Positions 38,507-50,384 of a stretch of 57,863 nucleotides of DNA are shown here, one piece after another. Position 1 is the first letter of the stretch. The number at the start of each line of letters is the position of its first letter. The notes below the pieces were generated by a model. It saw nothing but the letters and a program-made list of their open reading frames with translations, was not told the origin of the DNA and made no database searches. The DNA lies in contig JAQGDQ010001166.1 in NCBI GenBank assembly GCA_030141605.1, positions 1 to 57,863 of the forward strand, in the 5' to 3' direction. Position numbers and translations under genes: made by a program. The DNA is from Tubiluchus corallicola. Taxonomy: Eukaryota; Animalia; Priapulida.

Positions 38507-38617
38507 GGTTTTCTTGTTGCTCAAGCCGGGTATCTGTGGACGCAGTACTTTCCGGATTTTGATCGTGGAATTTATGAAGCTGATTTTGACGAACACCCAT
38601 ACTACTATATTATATAA
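38507..38617 (+). CDS. Peptide terminal exon G: GFLVAQA-GYLWTQYFPDFDRGIYEADFDEHPYYYII*
   Basis: Acceptor gaatgacttttcttctag|. Frame and length are preserved despite many substitutions. AATAAA at ~38839. Confidence 0.8.
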   Translation, partial: GFLVAQAGYLWTQYFPDFDRGIYEADFDEHPYYYII

Positions 38618-38844
38618 ACGTACCTCCGAAAAAAACATGATTAAAAGCAACAAATTAATATTAATGATTTATGTGTCAATTTTAATTTACCTTATACTGT
38701 TGTATTGATTTTCTTTAACTTTTCATTCCTATACAACTATGTTAAGGTGCCTTAATTATGTTTACTGTACACATTAACTAAACATTGTCAAGTAAACACA
38801 TATTACAATGCGTCGTGATTTTTAAAATGTGATTTATGAATAAA

Positions 38845-39388
38845 AGGAAAACTCTGCGATTTTTCATATACTATCCCATTGTCCAGTATTGTGTAAAGAA
38901 GTATACATTTTGACACAATTAATACTGCAAGAGCTATATACTGCTGATAATTAAATAATAGATTAAAATCTTAATTAACAGCAGGCGAGCCCAACTATTG
39001 ATGACATCACAAATTAACATAACTTTCAACATCAAAATCATTCCACGAGCGTGTTGCACGTGTATGTGTGTTGTACTAAAACTAGGCAACTTTTAAGATA
39101 AAAATTCAAATTTCAAATTTACCGCTGTGCTCACGCGTAAGCTGTCGAACGTGTGCAGTTTGTCACAAACTAACACATGTGAACTGAGAGATGTAGCACA
39201 AGTGTTTTGAACAGTGCATTTCCGAATTGGGAAAATATGTAACAGTGAAGAACTAGTGGCGCGAGCGCAAAAATGTGTTTGTGTGGTAATAAATCTTTTA
39301 CGTAAGGAGTTCTTTAAAAAATAGTGTTTTCTTTCAATATTTTAAAGGTTACTTTGACCTACAGATTAACATTGAGCCCAGTTTTGCT
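38845..39388 (-). mobile_element. Kolobok-like non-autonomous element, copy
   Basis: Reverse-complement homolog of 973-1571. Flanks TAAA / TTAA. Confidence 0.75.
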
Positions 39389-39535
39389 TTAAACACGGAT
39401 ATCATTGTTTTTACATGTTCATTACAGACCAAGATTTACCTGATGCTCCATGTGTACATTGTTTTCTTCGACTTTTATCGAGGATTTCATTGATGAAAGT
39501 GGAGTTGACATTTGAATATTATTATAATAAGTTTA

Positions 39536-40038
39536 TATAGGTTTTACATGTCAAATGTAGACCTGCGTTAACTCGAATGTAGACTTAGGCAGTTCAAATG
39601 TGTCTTGGTAACTCGAATGTAGACTTAGGTAGTTCAAATGTGTTAACAATGTTTTTCAACAAATCTTGAGCGGTTTTGGTAAATCAAATGTAGACACATG
39701 TCAAGTCAAATGTGATATTGGTATCTCAAATATGGACAGGTGGTAAAGCTTAAGGATGTTAAATTTAATCTTCTTTAATTTCAATTTAATAATTGCTCCT
39801 AAGTTAAAATAACAACGTTATAGGCCTACTAATAGATGCACTATCTTTGGTTTATCTTTTTCTAATTTGCACTTAAATAACTTAATTACCGATTTATTCA
39901 AAGTAATGCATCTACATTTGACTTACCTAAGTCACATTTGAGTTACCAAAACACATTCGAAATTCCTATATCTACATTTGACTTGCCTGAGTCACATTTG
40001 AACTTTCCTGTGTCTACATTTGACGTGTAAAACCTATA
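39536..40038. mobile_element. MITE with ~27-bp TIR and repeated subterminal TCAAATGTAGAC motifs
   Basis: TATAGGTTTTACATGTCAAATGTAGAC / GTCTACATTTGACGTGTAAAACCTATA. The motif repeats in direct orientation on the left arm and inverted on the right arm. Confidence 0.8.
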
Positions 40039-40658
40039 GTACTATTCAAGATGCGTAACGGTTAGCACACGTATGCATAGAACATTTATCGTTGTAGATA
40101 TTGTACAGTCTGTTCTAATGTAATTTCACTGTGCAATACGTAGGCTTTCTTACGGTTTCTTTCAGGTAATAATATGCAGGTAAGAATATGTGCCAGTGTT
40201 TAAAAGGGGAGCAGAATCCACATCATTTGCTATTTGAAGGTAAATTCGTAAATCGTATTAAAAGAGAAAATTTTGTAAGCATCTTACAGCATTAGGATGT
40301 TAATTATTTATTAACTTGTCGCAACAATTAATGTTTTCTAAGATAATTTTCTTTGCTCATTAACCTAACGGGATTAAATAATTTGGGTAATTAACATCAA
40401 TGTTAGTTAAGCAGATAATGATAATACAATGCTGTATAGATACTGTAACTTATTCAAAATGACACGTAAATACTGTTAACTATACATACCTGCAAATAGA
40501 GGGCGCATGTATATATATTTCTGCATGTATGGTTATACCATATAAAATTCAAGGCAGTTATTAGTTCTACAGCATTTAGAAATCCTATAGAAGTATATCA
40601 ATATTATTAATTAATTTCGCTGGCATGGGCTTAATATATATATATATATTTAACATGA

Positions 40659-40709
<51 letters not shown>

Positions 40710-41095
40710 GTTCGAGGCAACAGCTCCAACGACGGCACCATTTGTGGCGATCTATATGTCAAACAAAAGGTCTCGATCTAGTGTCGTGCCATTGAGGTTT
40801 ATTTTTCGAATCGGGTCCACCGGAAGAGACGGGGGGAAAAAACCTCCAAAAATGGCCATTTTTTGGCCGTTTTTTGCAAAAACTGCAAAACTTATGCCTT
40901 TTATTTCTGGAGAACGGGAACGGGCCGATGGAGGTGCTGGTTATGGATAGATAGCCCGTTCATATAAATACTAATATACACCACTGCAGAGTAATGAAAA
41001 ACAACTATTTCACTAGAACAAAAATGGAAAAATCTTGAGTAAAATGATTAACCTGGAAACATCTAAGTTAAAACGCATTTCTCTTTTCCGGTTCT

Positions 41096-41152
41096 CTAAG
41101 ATAGATTAAACTGCAGCACTAGGAACAAGTAGGTGAAGCATAAGCCAAGTAA
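41096..41152 (-). CDS. Gustatory-receptor-like gene, terminal exon 4 (LLGLCFTYLFLVLQFNLS*)
   Basis: Contains the TYhhhhhQF TM7 signature of the GR/GRL (7tm_7) family. Acceptor ttatgtttttgtttcag| in phase 0, TAG stop at 41098-41096. Confidence 0.85.
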   Translation of the reverse strand, partial: LLGLCFTYLFLVLQFNLS

Positions 41153-42571
41153 CTGAAACAAAAACATAAGTACGTGAAGCATAAACCAAGTAACTGAAAC
41201 AAAAACATAAGTACGTGAAGCATAAACCAAGTAACTCAAACAAAAACATAAGTATGTGAAGCATAAACCAAGTAACTGAAACAAAAACATAAGTACGTGA
41301 AGCAAAAACCAAGTAACTGAAACAAAAACATAAGTACGTGAAGCATAAACCAAGTAACTAAAACAAAAACATAAGTACGTGAAGCATAAACCAAGTAACT
41401 GAAACAAAAACATAAGTACGTGAAGCATAAACCAAGTAACTGAAACAAAAACATAAGTACGTGAAGCATAAACCAAGTAACTGAAACAAAAACATAATTA
41501 CGTGAAGCATAAACCAAGTAACTGAAACAAAAACATAAGTACGTGAAGCAAAAACCAAGTAACTGAAACAAAAACATAAGTACGTGAAGCATAAACCAAG
41601 TAACTGAAACAAAAACATAAGTACGTGAAGCATAAACCAAGTAACTGAAACAAAAACATAAGTACGTGAAGCAAAAACCAAGTAACTGAAACAAAAACAT
41701 AATTACGTGAAGCATAAACCAAGTAACTCAAACAAAAACATAAGTACGTGTAGCAAAAACCAAGTAACTGAAACAAAAGCATAAGTACGTGAAGCATAAA
41801 CCAAGTAACTCAAACAAAAACATAAGTACGTGAAGCAAAAACCAAGTAACTGAAACAAAAACATAAGTACGTGAAGCATAAACCAAGTAACTCAAAGAAA
41901 AACATAAGTACGTGAAGCATAAACCAAGTAACTCAAAGAAAAACATAAGTACGTGAAGCATAAACCAAGTAACTCAAACAAAAACATAAGTACGTGAAGC
42001 ATAAACCAAGTAACTGAAACAAAAACATAAGTACGTGAAGCAAAAACCAAGTAACTGAAACAAAAACATAAGTACGTGAAGCATAAACCAAGTAACTCAA
42101 ACAAAAACATAAGTACGTGAAGCAAAAACCAAGTAACTCAAACAAAAACATAAGTACGTGAAGCATAAACCAAGTAACTCAAACAAAAACATAAGTACGT
42201 GTAGCATAAACCAAGTAACTGAAACGAAAAACATAAGTACGTGAAGCATAAACCAAGTAACTGAAACGAAAAACATAAGTACGTGAAGCATAAACCAAGC
42301 AACTGAAACGAAAAACATAAGTACGTGAAGCATAAACCAAGTAACTGAAACGAAAAACATAAGAACGTGAAGCATAAACCAAGTAACTGAAACAAAAAAC
42401 ACAAGTACGTGAAGCATAAACCAAGTAACTGAAACAAAAAACATAAGTACGTGAAGCATAAACCAAGTAACTGAAACAAAAACATAAGTACGTGAAGCAT
42501 AAACCAAGTAACTGAAACAAAAAACATAAGTACGTGAAGCATAAACCAAGTAACTGAAACAAAAACATAAG
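41128..42571. repeat. 41/42-bp tandem array (about 35 copies) made of the GRL intron-3 acceptor plus the first codons of exon 4
   Basis: Minus-strand unit TTATGTTTTTGTTTCAG|TTACTTGGTTTATGCTTCACGTAC. Some copies have GAG instead of CAG. Confidence 0.95.
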
Positions 42572-42683
42572 CATGACTGGGAAAGATGCACTCCATAAAA
42601 TGTAAATATTATAATATGCCTTTAAAACACTAAAAAATCATTTTAAATGTACATTTCTGAGGCTTTAACTGGCCCAGTAACTG

Positions 42684-42830
42684 AGCTGTGTAGCGTAGAT
42701 CAATTGTAACGTGTTCGATTATCACACGTGAGGACGTGGGTTCAACTCTCGACCGAGTCATACCAAAGACTTGACAAATGGTACCGTTGGTTCTTCGGAC
42801 GAATGAATAATGAGCACGCGGATGAATAAT
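42684..42830 (+). mobile_element. tRNA-derived SINE remnant
   Basis: A-box-like TAGCGTAGATC, B-box GGTTCAACTC, then the core CCGAGTCATACCAAAGACTTGACAAATGGTACC, similar to widespread invertebrate SINE cores. Confidence 0.6.
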
Positions 42831-43076
42831 AATCCGGACCACCTTAGAAATAAGTATAGAGTTACGTAAGGTGTTATCCTTGGACAATTATTACAAAAAT
42901 GAATGCGAAGCCATGCGTTAATTTGGTTCCTGAATTTTAAATTAATTAACCAAGTTTTCGTGAAAGCAATTTGTCCACCCCCCACCCCCCCTCATAAGAC
43001 TTTTATCCATGGAGTTTCCACGTGAATCGAACCCAGGCAAGTTAAAAACTGTATTAGTCTAGGCTAAAATACTTAC

Positions 43077-43166
43077 GGTTAAAATGATTTCTTTTGTTAT
43101 AACGAACATGTCCAAGAAGGTAAAGCCGATGTCCGGTCCACTCAGTTTGGCCAAAAATAGATTAAG
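43077..43166 (-). CDS. Gustatory-receptor-like gene, exon 3 (LNLFLAKLSGPDIGFTFLDMFVITKEIILT)
   Basis: tttttgcgcag| ... ACC|gtaagt. 90 bp, phase 0-0. Has the classic GR IC3/TM7a motif (GFT...F.I.K...LT). Confidence 0.88.
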
Positions 43167-43354
43167 CTGCGCAAAAATTTGTAGAATTAATTTGTAGTAT
43201 ACGAGTAAAAATGCTGAAAAAGTCCAGTTTTGTGAAAAGTACAGTGTAGTTAAATAAACACATTTATTGTTCTAAACATAAACAATATCGACTGCAGTAA
43301 GGTGTCTGAAACATTGCAATATCTAGTTGCTAAATGAATGACAGTCTGTCTTAC

Positions 43355-43453
43355 CTGTAAAACATAACTATTAGGTAACTCATTCGATGTTTTTTCGCCA
43401 GTAAAACTTTGCAAGGTTCTTGCATCAAACATATCATCAAGTAGTTCATGAGC
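43355..43453 (-). CDS. Gustatory-receptor-like gene, exon 2 (AHELLDDMFDARTLQSFTGEKTSNELPNSYVLQ)
   Basis: ttttttgtag| ... CAG|gtaaga. 99 bp, phase 0-0. Continues AARVNST-AH. Confidence 0.85.
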
Positions 43454-43482
43454 CTACAAAAAAAACACATACCACTGTTTAA

Positions 43483-44080
43483 AGAAAGACAGGATGATTT
43501 TTTATATAGTACCCCACTCTCAAGCCCGATAAAAAGTACACATTTTAACACAGTTAATATTGCAAAAGCGTTTCTGTCCATTCGATAATAGATTAAAACT
43601 TAATTAACCGCGGGCGAGCCCAACTGTTGATGACATCACAAATTAACATAATTTTCAACAGAAAAAATATTCCACCAGCGTGTTTGCGAAAGCGAAAATT
43701 GAAATACAGTCCTAGTTTAGGAGATTCGGTTTGGTTAAAACTAAGCAAGTTTTAAGATAAAAATTCAAATTTCAAATTTACCGCTGTGCTCACGCATGAG
43801 CTGTCAAACTTGTGTAGTTCGTCACAAACTAACACATCTGAACTAAGAGGTACAGCACCTGTTTTTGTCCAATGCGTTTCCGAAATGCAGGCGCTAGTAT
43901 AGTAGCGAATGGCGAAATGCATGTAACAGCGAAGTGCTAGTGGCGCGAACGTGAAATTGGGTTGATGTGGTAATAATTCTTTTACGTAAGTCATTTTGAA
44001 AAAAAAGTGATATGGTTCCTTTCAATATTTTAAAGAATAGGTTGTTTTACCTACAGTTTAAGATTGGGTCCAGTTTTACT
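43483..44080 (-). mobile_element. Kolobok-like non-autonomous element, full-length copy in GRL intron 1
   Basis: TTAA at 43479-43482 and 44081-44084. Reverse complement of the 973-1571 family. Confidence 0.78.
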
Positions 44081-44856
44081 TTAACCATTCATAGCTGTTT
44101 CACATATCGCAGAATTCAACGACTCATAACCACCTGAACTTCCTTCTAAAATCTGACTCTCCATCTCACTCGGCTCAACTAATACAAGCAAGATTCGACT
44201 AGGTCAACCACAGCATTGTGACAATATGCACGTTATTACAAAGCTTATTTTACTGGTAATAAAGTCACAGCAAAAAAGTCATAGAAGCAAGACACGGTTT
44301 TGGCTAAGAAAAAGACACAGGAAAAAAGCACACCCACTCTGTCCTCATTCAACTCGTGCAATCAGACCACACTATAGCCAAACAAACCAAATCACTAGCC
44401 ATACCAGACCTCAGAAGCCCGGCTAGGTCTCGCCTGGACGCAGACCCACATCTGGAACAGAGAGAAACTAACGACTGACTGACTGACTAATGTAACCTGC
44501 ATCTCTATATATATGAAAGGCAATTTATAATGGGATTAACATTACTTTACATCAAAGTACGTCGTAGCACTCCTATAGAGGGCACTTTACTTAGAATCGG
44601 AAGTGTTTAAGACGTCATAACATCGGTTATAATGGGGGTTGAAACATCGGGCTTCTGAAAAATAGGGCGTACCAATTCTGTCAGCAGGAACCAATAGTTT
44701 CATTCGCTTCGTACGATCAGACCTCACCATAGCCATTCACGACTCTAGCCACACCAGACTTCAGACAGACCAGGCCCCAGCTGGGCCCAGATTCTTATAT
44801 AAAACAGAAAAAAATTCCCTTTCGACGTAACTTCCCCGACATTATCACTATTTTTA

Positions 44857-45090
44857 CATATCATATCATATCATATCATATCATATCATATCATATCATA
44901 TCATATCATATCATATCATATCATATCATATCATATCATATCATATCATATCATATCATATCATATCATATCATATCATATCATATCATATCATATCATA
45001 TCTTATCATAGCATATCATACCATATCATATCACATCACATCACATCACATCACATCACATCACATCACATCACATCACATCACATCATA
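44857..45090. repeat. (CATAT)n/(CACAT)n pentanucleotide microsatellite between 31-bp direct repeats
   Basis: TAACTTCCCCGACATTATCACTATTTTTACA occurs at 44828-44858 and 45175-45205. Confidence 0.92.
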
Positions 45091-45222
45091 TTATAAAAGC
45101 AATGTTGATAAAATTAGAAGTTTTTTTAAAAATATAACAAAAGTCTACAGTTATCACTAAAAATTTTAAAACATTAACTTCCCCGACATTATCACTATTT
45201 TTACACATCACAGGCAACTTAC

Positions 45223-46284
45223 CGTGGAGTTAACTCGTGCTGCAGCAAGGGACAGTGTCAGAAATACAAGAGACCCCAAAGAGAAGACCCACACAGCGTC
45301 AATACACTCGGTAAATGTCAGGTCTTTGTTCCCTAAATAACGAAGCAGCTTGTAGACGTTGAAAACAACCGCTGGCATATTGGCGATGTAGTGGACAAAG
45401 ATGATCTTGCTGAGATCTCTGTCCAAAAAGGACACGCATCGACAAAGTGATAGGTGATCTTTCCTGTGTCTTTCCAAGTGGTACGTATGCGGCGAGATTT
45501 CTGCTGTTTTCATGCTTTTTGATACTTTTGCGAATAAAGATCTCATTACGTAGCTTACCGTTGTGAAAAACATAACGTTAAGAAACGCAACCGATGCTTC
45601 GAAAAAAGCAACGACAGCCCAGAAATAAGGTAAGGCGCTAACGAAAGCGTGATTCTGTTTCTGAAGTAGCAGGTCGTCCACACTTCTGTTTTCAGATGCA
45701 GAGTGCATAGTAGCAAGGAAATTGTTCGCTTTGAATAGTTCCATTGTACCGCTTCCCAAAATTGCAAAACAGCCCAGGAAAATGTGCAATTTGGCATGCT
45801 TCGAGAAGCTTTCTTCCTCTTTCTTGTTGAAGTTGCAAACGTGGTTTGGGTCGCCTTGCACGTTTTCGCGCCAAAATTTTAAAAACTGCTTCACTCCAGG
45901 CAGGGGATTAAAGAACAAGATGGCTGCCAACGTTACGGCTTGAATGCTTAATATGGTGTAGACTACAGAAGCAGTAATGCTTTCATATTTTTGATTATTT
46001 TCAAAAAAGAAAACCAAGTATGCGACTTTACACAAAAACATCGCCAACACGAACGAATTGTACACCTTCATACATCGTCTAGCGTGAACAGAATAGCCAC
46101 TTGTTTGCTCTGACAATATGTCAAGATCTGCCAAGATCCCTACCAGATGCAAAGCCCAAAAATATGGCTTCAGCACCTTATGCATCGAACCTACTTCATC
46201 TCGCTTTGCCTTTTCATGCGTTTTGGTGCTTTCCATTCCACTAACTTGAATAGCTTGCACTTTCGGTATCACAACCTTACTCAT
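45223..46284 (-). CDS. Gustatory-receptor-like (GRL/7tm_7) chemoreceptor, exon 1; the spliced product is ~435 aa
   Basis: Multi-TM ORF (LKPYFWALHLVGI; RKDHLSLCRCVSFLDRDLS; SLAAARVNST) with donor ACG|gtaagt at 45223/45222. The three phase-0 introns near the C-terminus match the known ancestral GR/GRL architecture. Confidence 0.9.
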
Positions 46285-46911
46285 GTTTTACGGATCACAT
46301 CTATATGCAATGACTCTCCCGCTGGGTAGTTTCTCAGACAAGACCAGCCTATTAAACGACCTGCACGTATTTAGATGACAGTTCATCTAGTTGTCCTTGT
46401 ACATTAACTCATATATCCATCATACTTTGGCAAACTTGTCCATTAATTCATAGTTTACCGTGTAATCAGTAATAGTGGCGCGATTTTTGTTAGTAGTCAT
46501 GCAACAATGTTATCGCTACATTATTTGTTGTTTGTACAGAAAACACAGAATAACTGAATGTGCTAATAACAATCAAAGTCGCTTTCATCAGTATGATTCC
46601 TGCCATCACGCACAGCATGCTTAACTATTTATCCATAAATGTTATGTCCGCCCGTTGAGTAAAACTAGTGCAATTTATTTTGCTACTAAATTTATGGATG
46701 AACACAGGTATTGTTGTTTATTAAAATTTTGTTTTCCAAACGTTTCATCCACTCACAGCTATGAAAATTTTTCAATCTCTCTAAAATTAATATTAAAATA
46801 TCGATATTATTATAATAATTGTAGAATAAGTTCTGTAACATATACAATTTTTTTCTGATGTTTCGTTTCTTTACAATTGTTTGTCTCTTGTATGCAATAA
46901 ATATATTGTAT

Positions 46912-47517
<606 letters not shown>

Positions 47518-47883
47518 AAATAACATAATACCATTTCTCATTGTGTTTATACAAAGTAGAGTATGATGTCGCTAGAATCCTCTGTGGTCACATTTTTCTA
47601 TATTGTTTATGTTGCACGACTTTTTGTTGAGATTCATCAAACACAAGTTTTGTATTTCAGGTCTTACCTCATGGGTTTTTGTCGATCAAAAAATATAAGT
47701 CTATACTGAAGCGAATCAAAAGTTGAGATACAATCAACACTTAGGCCTACGTATACATCTACCATGAATGAATTTACACGACCTAAAGTCTAGAGAAGCT
47801 TATATCGGGAAGTTCGCGTACCGATAAATGTTTTATGTGCATGTATTATTTCTTGTTGTAGCATTAATGTTGTTGTTTACGGC

Positions 47884-48940
47884 AGTTGTTTCTGCAGCTG
47901 TCGTTGTTTCTGTTTCTTTTGCTGTCGCTGATGTAGACAGCATCGTCTGTCGTGATCAGTCATCAGTTGTTTCTGTAGCTGTCGTTGTTGCTGTTACTTT
48001 TGTTGTCGCTGATGTAGACAGCATCGTCTGTCGTGATGAGTCATCAGTTGTTTCTGTAGCTGTCGTTGCTGCTGTTACTTTTGTTGTCGCTGACGTAGAC
48101 AGCATCATCTGTCGTGATCAGTCATCAGTTGTTTCTGTAGCTGTCGTTGTTGCTGTTACTTTTGTTGTCGCTGATGTAGACAGCATCGTCTGTCGTGATC
48201 AGTCATCAGTTGTTTCTGTAGCTGTCGTTGTTGCTGTTACTTTTGTTGTCGCTGATGTACCCAGCATCGTCTGTCGTGATGAGTCATCAGTTGTTTCTGT
48301 AGCTGTCGTTGCTGCTGTTACTTTTGCTGTCGCTGATGTAGACAGCATTGTCTGTCGTGATGAGTCATCAGTTGTTTCTGTAGCTGTCGTTGTTGCTGTT
48401 ACTTTTGCTGTCGCTGATGTAGCCAGCATCGTCTGTCGTGATCAGTCATCAGTTGTTTCTGTAGCTGTCGTTGTTGCTGTTACTTTTGCTGTCGCTGATG
48501 TAGCCAGCATCGTCTGTCGTGATCAGTCATCAGTTGTTTCTGTAGCTGTCGTTGTTTCTGTTACTTTTGTTGTCGTTGATGTAGCCGGCATCGTCTGTCG
48601 TGATCAGTCATCAGTTGTTTCTGTAGCTGTCGTTGTTACTGTTACTTTTGCTGTCGCTGATGTAGCCAGCATCGTCTGTCGTGATGAGTCATTAGTAGTT
48701 TCTGTAGCTGTCGTTGTTGCTGTTACTTTTGTTGTCGCTGATGTAGCCAGCATCGTCTGTCGTGATGAGTCATCAGTAGTTTCTGTAGCTGTCGTTGCTG
48801 CTGTTTCTTTTGCTGTCGCTGATGTAGCCAGCATCGTCTGTCGTGATCAGTCATCAGTTGTTTCTGTAGCTGTCGTTGTTGCTGTTACTTTTGCTGTCGC
48901 TGATGTAGCCAGCATCGTTTGTCGTGATCAGTCATCAATT
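47884..48940. repeat. 81-bp tandem repeat, 13 copies; mucin-like Thr-rich on the minus strand, open Val-rich frame on the plus strand
   Basis: Period 81 (47927 to 48008). The minus frame reads SRQTMLATSATAKVTATTTATETTDD(S/stop), with TGA in 8 of 13 units. Confidence 0.92.
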
Positions 48941-49577
48941 TGTTGAACTAGTTGGATAATTTTACGGGATGTTTGTTCCACTTTTCACGGTCATTCTTAA
49001 TTACACTTCGCCTCTTAATTATCATCAGCTGCTAATTGCGTTAATAACTCAAATTGTCTCAACAACCACGCTGTAACTGTTGCAGCTCATAGGCGTACGA
49101 GGCTAGAGAACTTGGTGGATGGGGTGGGGGTGGGGGTGGTTTGTTGGCACAGCTTACCCAGAGTAAATGAAAAGTAGTTGTGAAAAGCGCTCATCATCAC
49201 AATCTGAGGCAGCGTGAATGTATTTTAGCACCACGAGCTGATTATTTTTGTTGCTTCAAAATTGTTTATAGTTCATATCAAACACGTATTAATAGTTCTT
49301 ATGTCATAAGACTTATTAATATAAGCGAATAAAACTTATACTCTTTAAACTTAATGATTATTATACATTGTTCAAGTTAGACACATCACAGAAGAATCTT
49401 TATCCTTTCGTTAGAGCTCCCATAGATATTGCCTAGTTGTGAATTTCTAGTTGCACTTATAGTTTAGCTTGCAACAGACGTATTTGCCCAGAACAGTGTA
49501 TGTTTTTATATGAACTAACACTGATTGTCTGTCTTTTATTATGATGGTCAATGTTTTTAAAAAGGCAAAATAAGTAT

Positions 49578-49950
<373 letters not shown>

Positions 49951-50377
49951 TCTGGCTTACTTTGTCTTAATTAGAGGGCAGCGGCTGCTGGTCAGTACCT
50001 GCTAGCTCGTCCAAGAACTTGGTCAGACCTAACTGACCTCTTTAGCCTGTCCTTATATGCACATGCCATTACAATGATTAATAAATAGCATTTATGTCGA
50101 GTTACAAAAGATGAGAAGCTAATGTTTATGCATATTTACTCAACTCACATTGCGATCACAGTTGTCATGAGGGGATTATTCAGCTCATTACGGTAGCGTA
50201 ATTACTTTAAAGTCGACTCGAGTGGCCCAGATAAGTTGCGTATTTATTAAAAGTGAAAGCCGCCATTGAAACAAAAGAGTCAGTGTTACTCGTGCCGTAT
50301 TGCTACAGTAATTAGCGTGCTGTTCAACGTGTGCGTTTAGTAATGATGAAACTGTGTCAAGATATCGTAATTACTCG

Positions 50378-50384
50378 TATAAAA
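50378..50384 (+). promoter_or_regulatory. Candidate TATA box for the Tyr-rich protein gene, with a possible short non-coding exon ending at 50458
   Basis: TATAAAA, then a donor-like ACG|gtaaaa at 50458/50459 and an acceptor ttttgctcag| at 51418 before the ATG. Confidence 0.35.

Larger units (their letters stand above)
32250..38820. repeat. Tandem segmental duplication array (units ~1.1-1.8 kb; the two youngest periods are 1568 and 1559 bp)
   Basis: Near-identical blocks at about 32400-33960, 33960-35520 and 35520-35970. More diverged blocks at 36250-37850, 38450-38820 and 29150-29745. Confidence 0.92.

Noticed and set aside
40708-41000. GC-richer block after (TA)n, possibly a non-autonomous DNA or Helitron-type element
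   Set aside because: I could not identify TIRs, a TSD or a second copy in the window, so no call is supported.
41236-42596. Multiple hydrophobic ORFs as separate membrane-protein genes
   Set aside because: They are translations of the 41/42-bp array in all three minus frames, and matter only as possible GRL C-terminal extensions.
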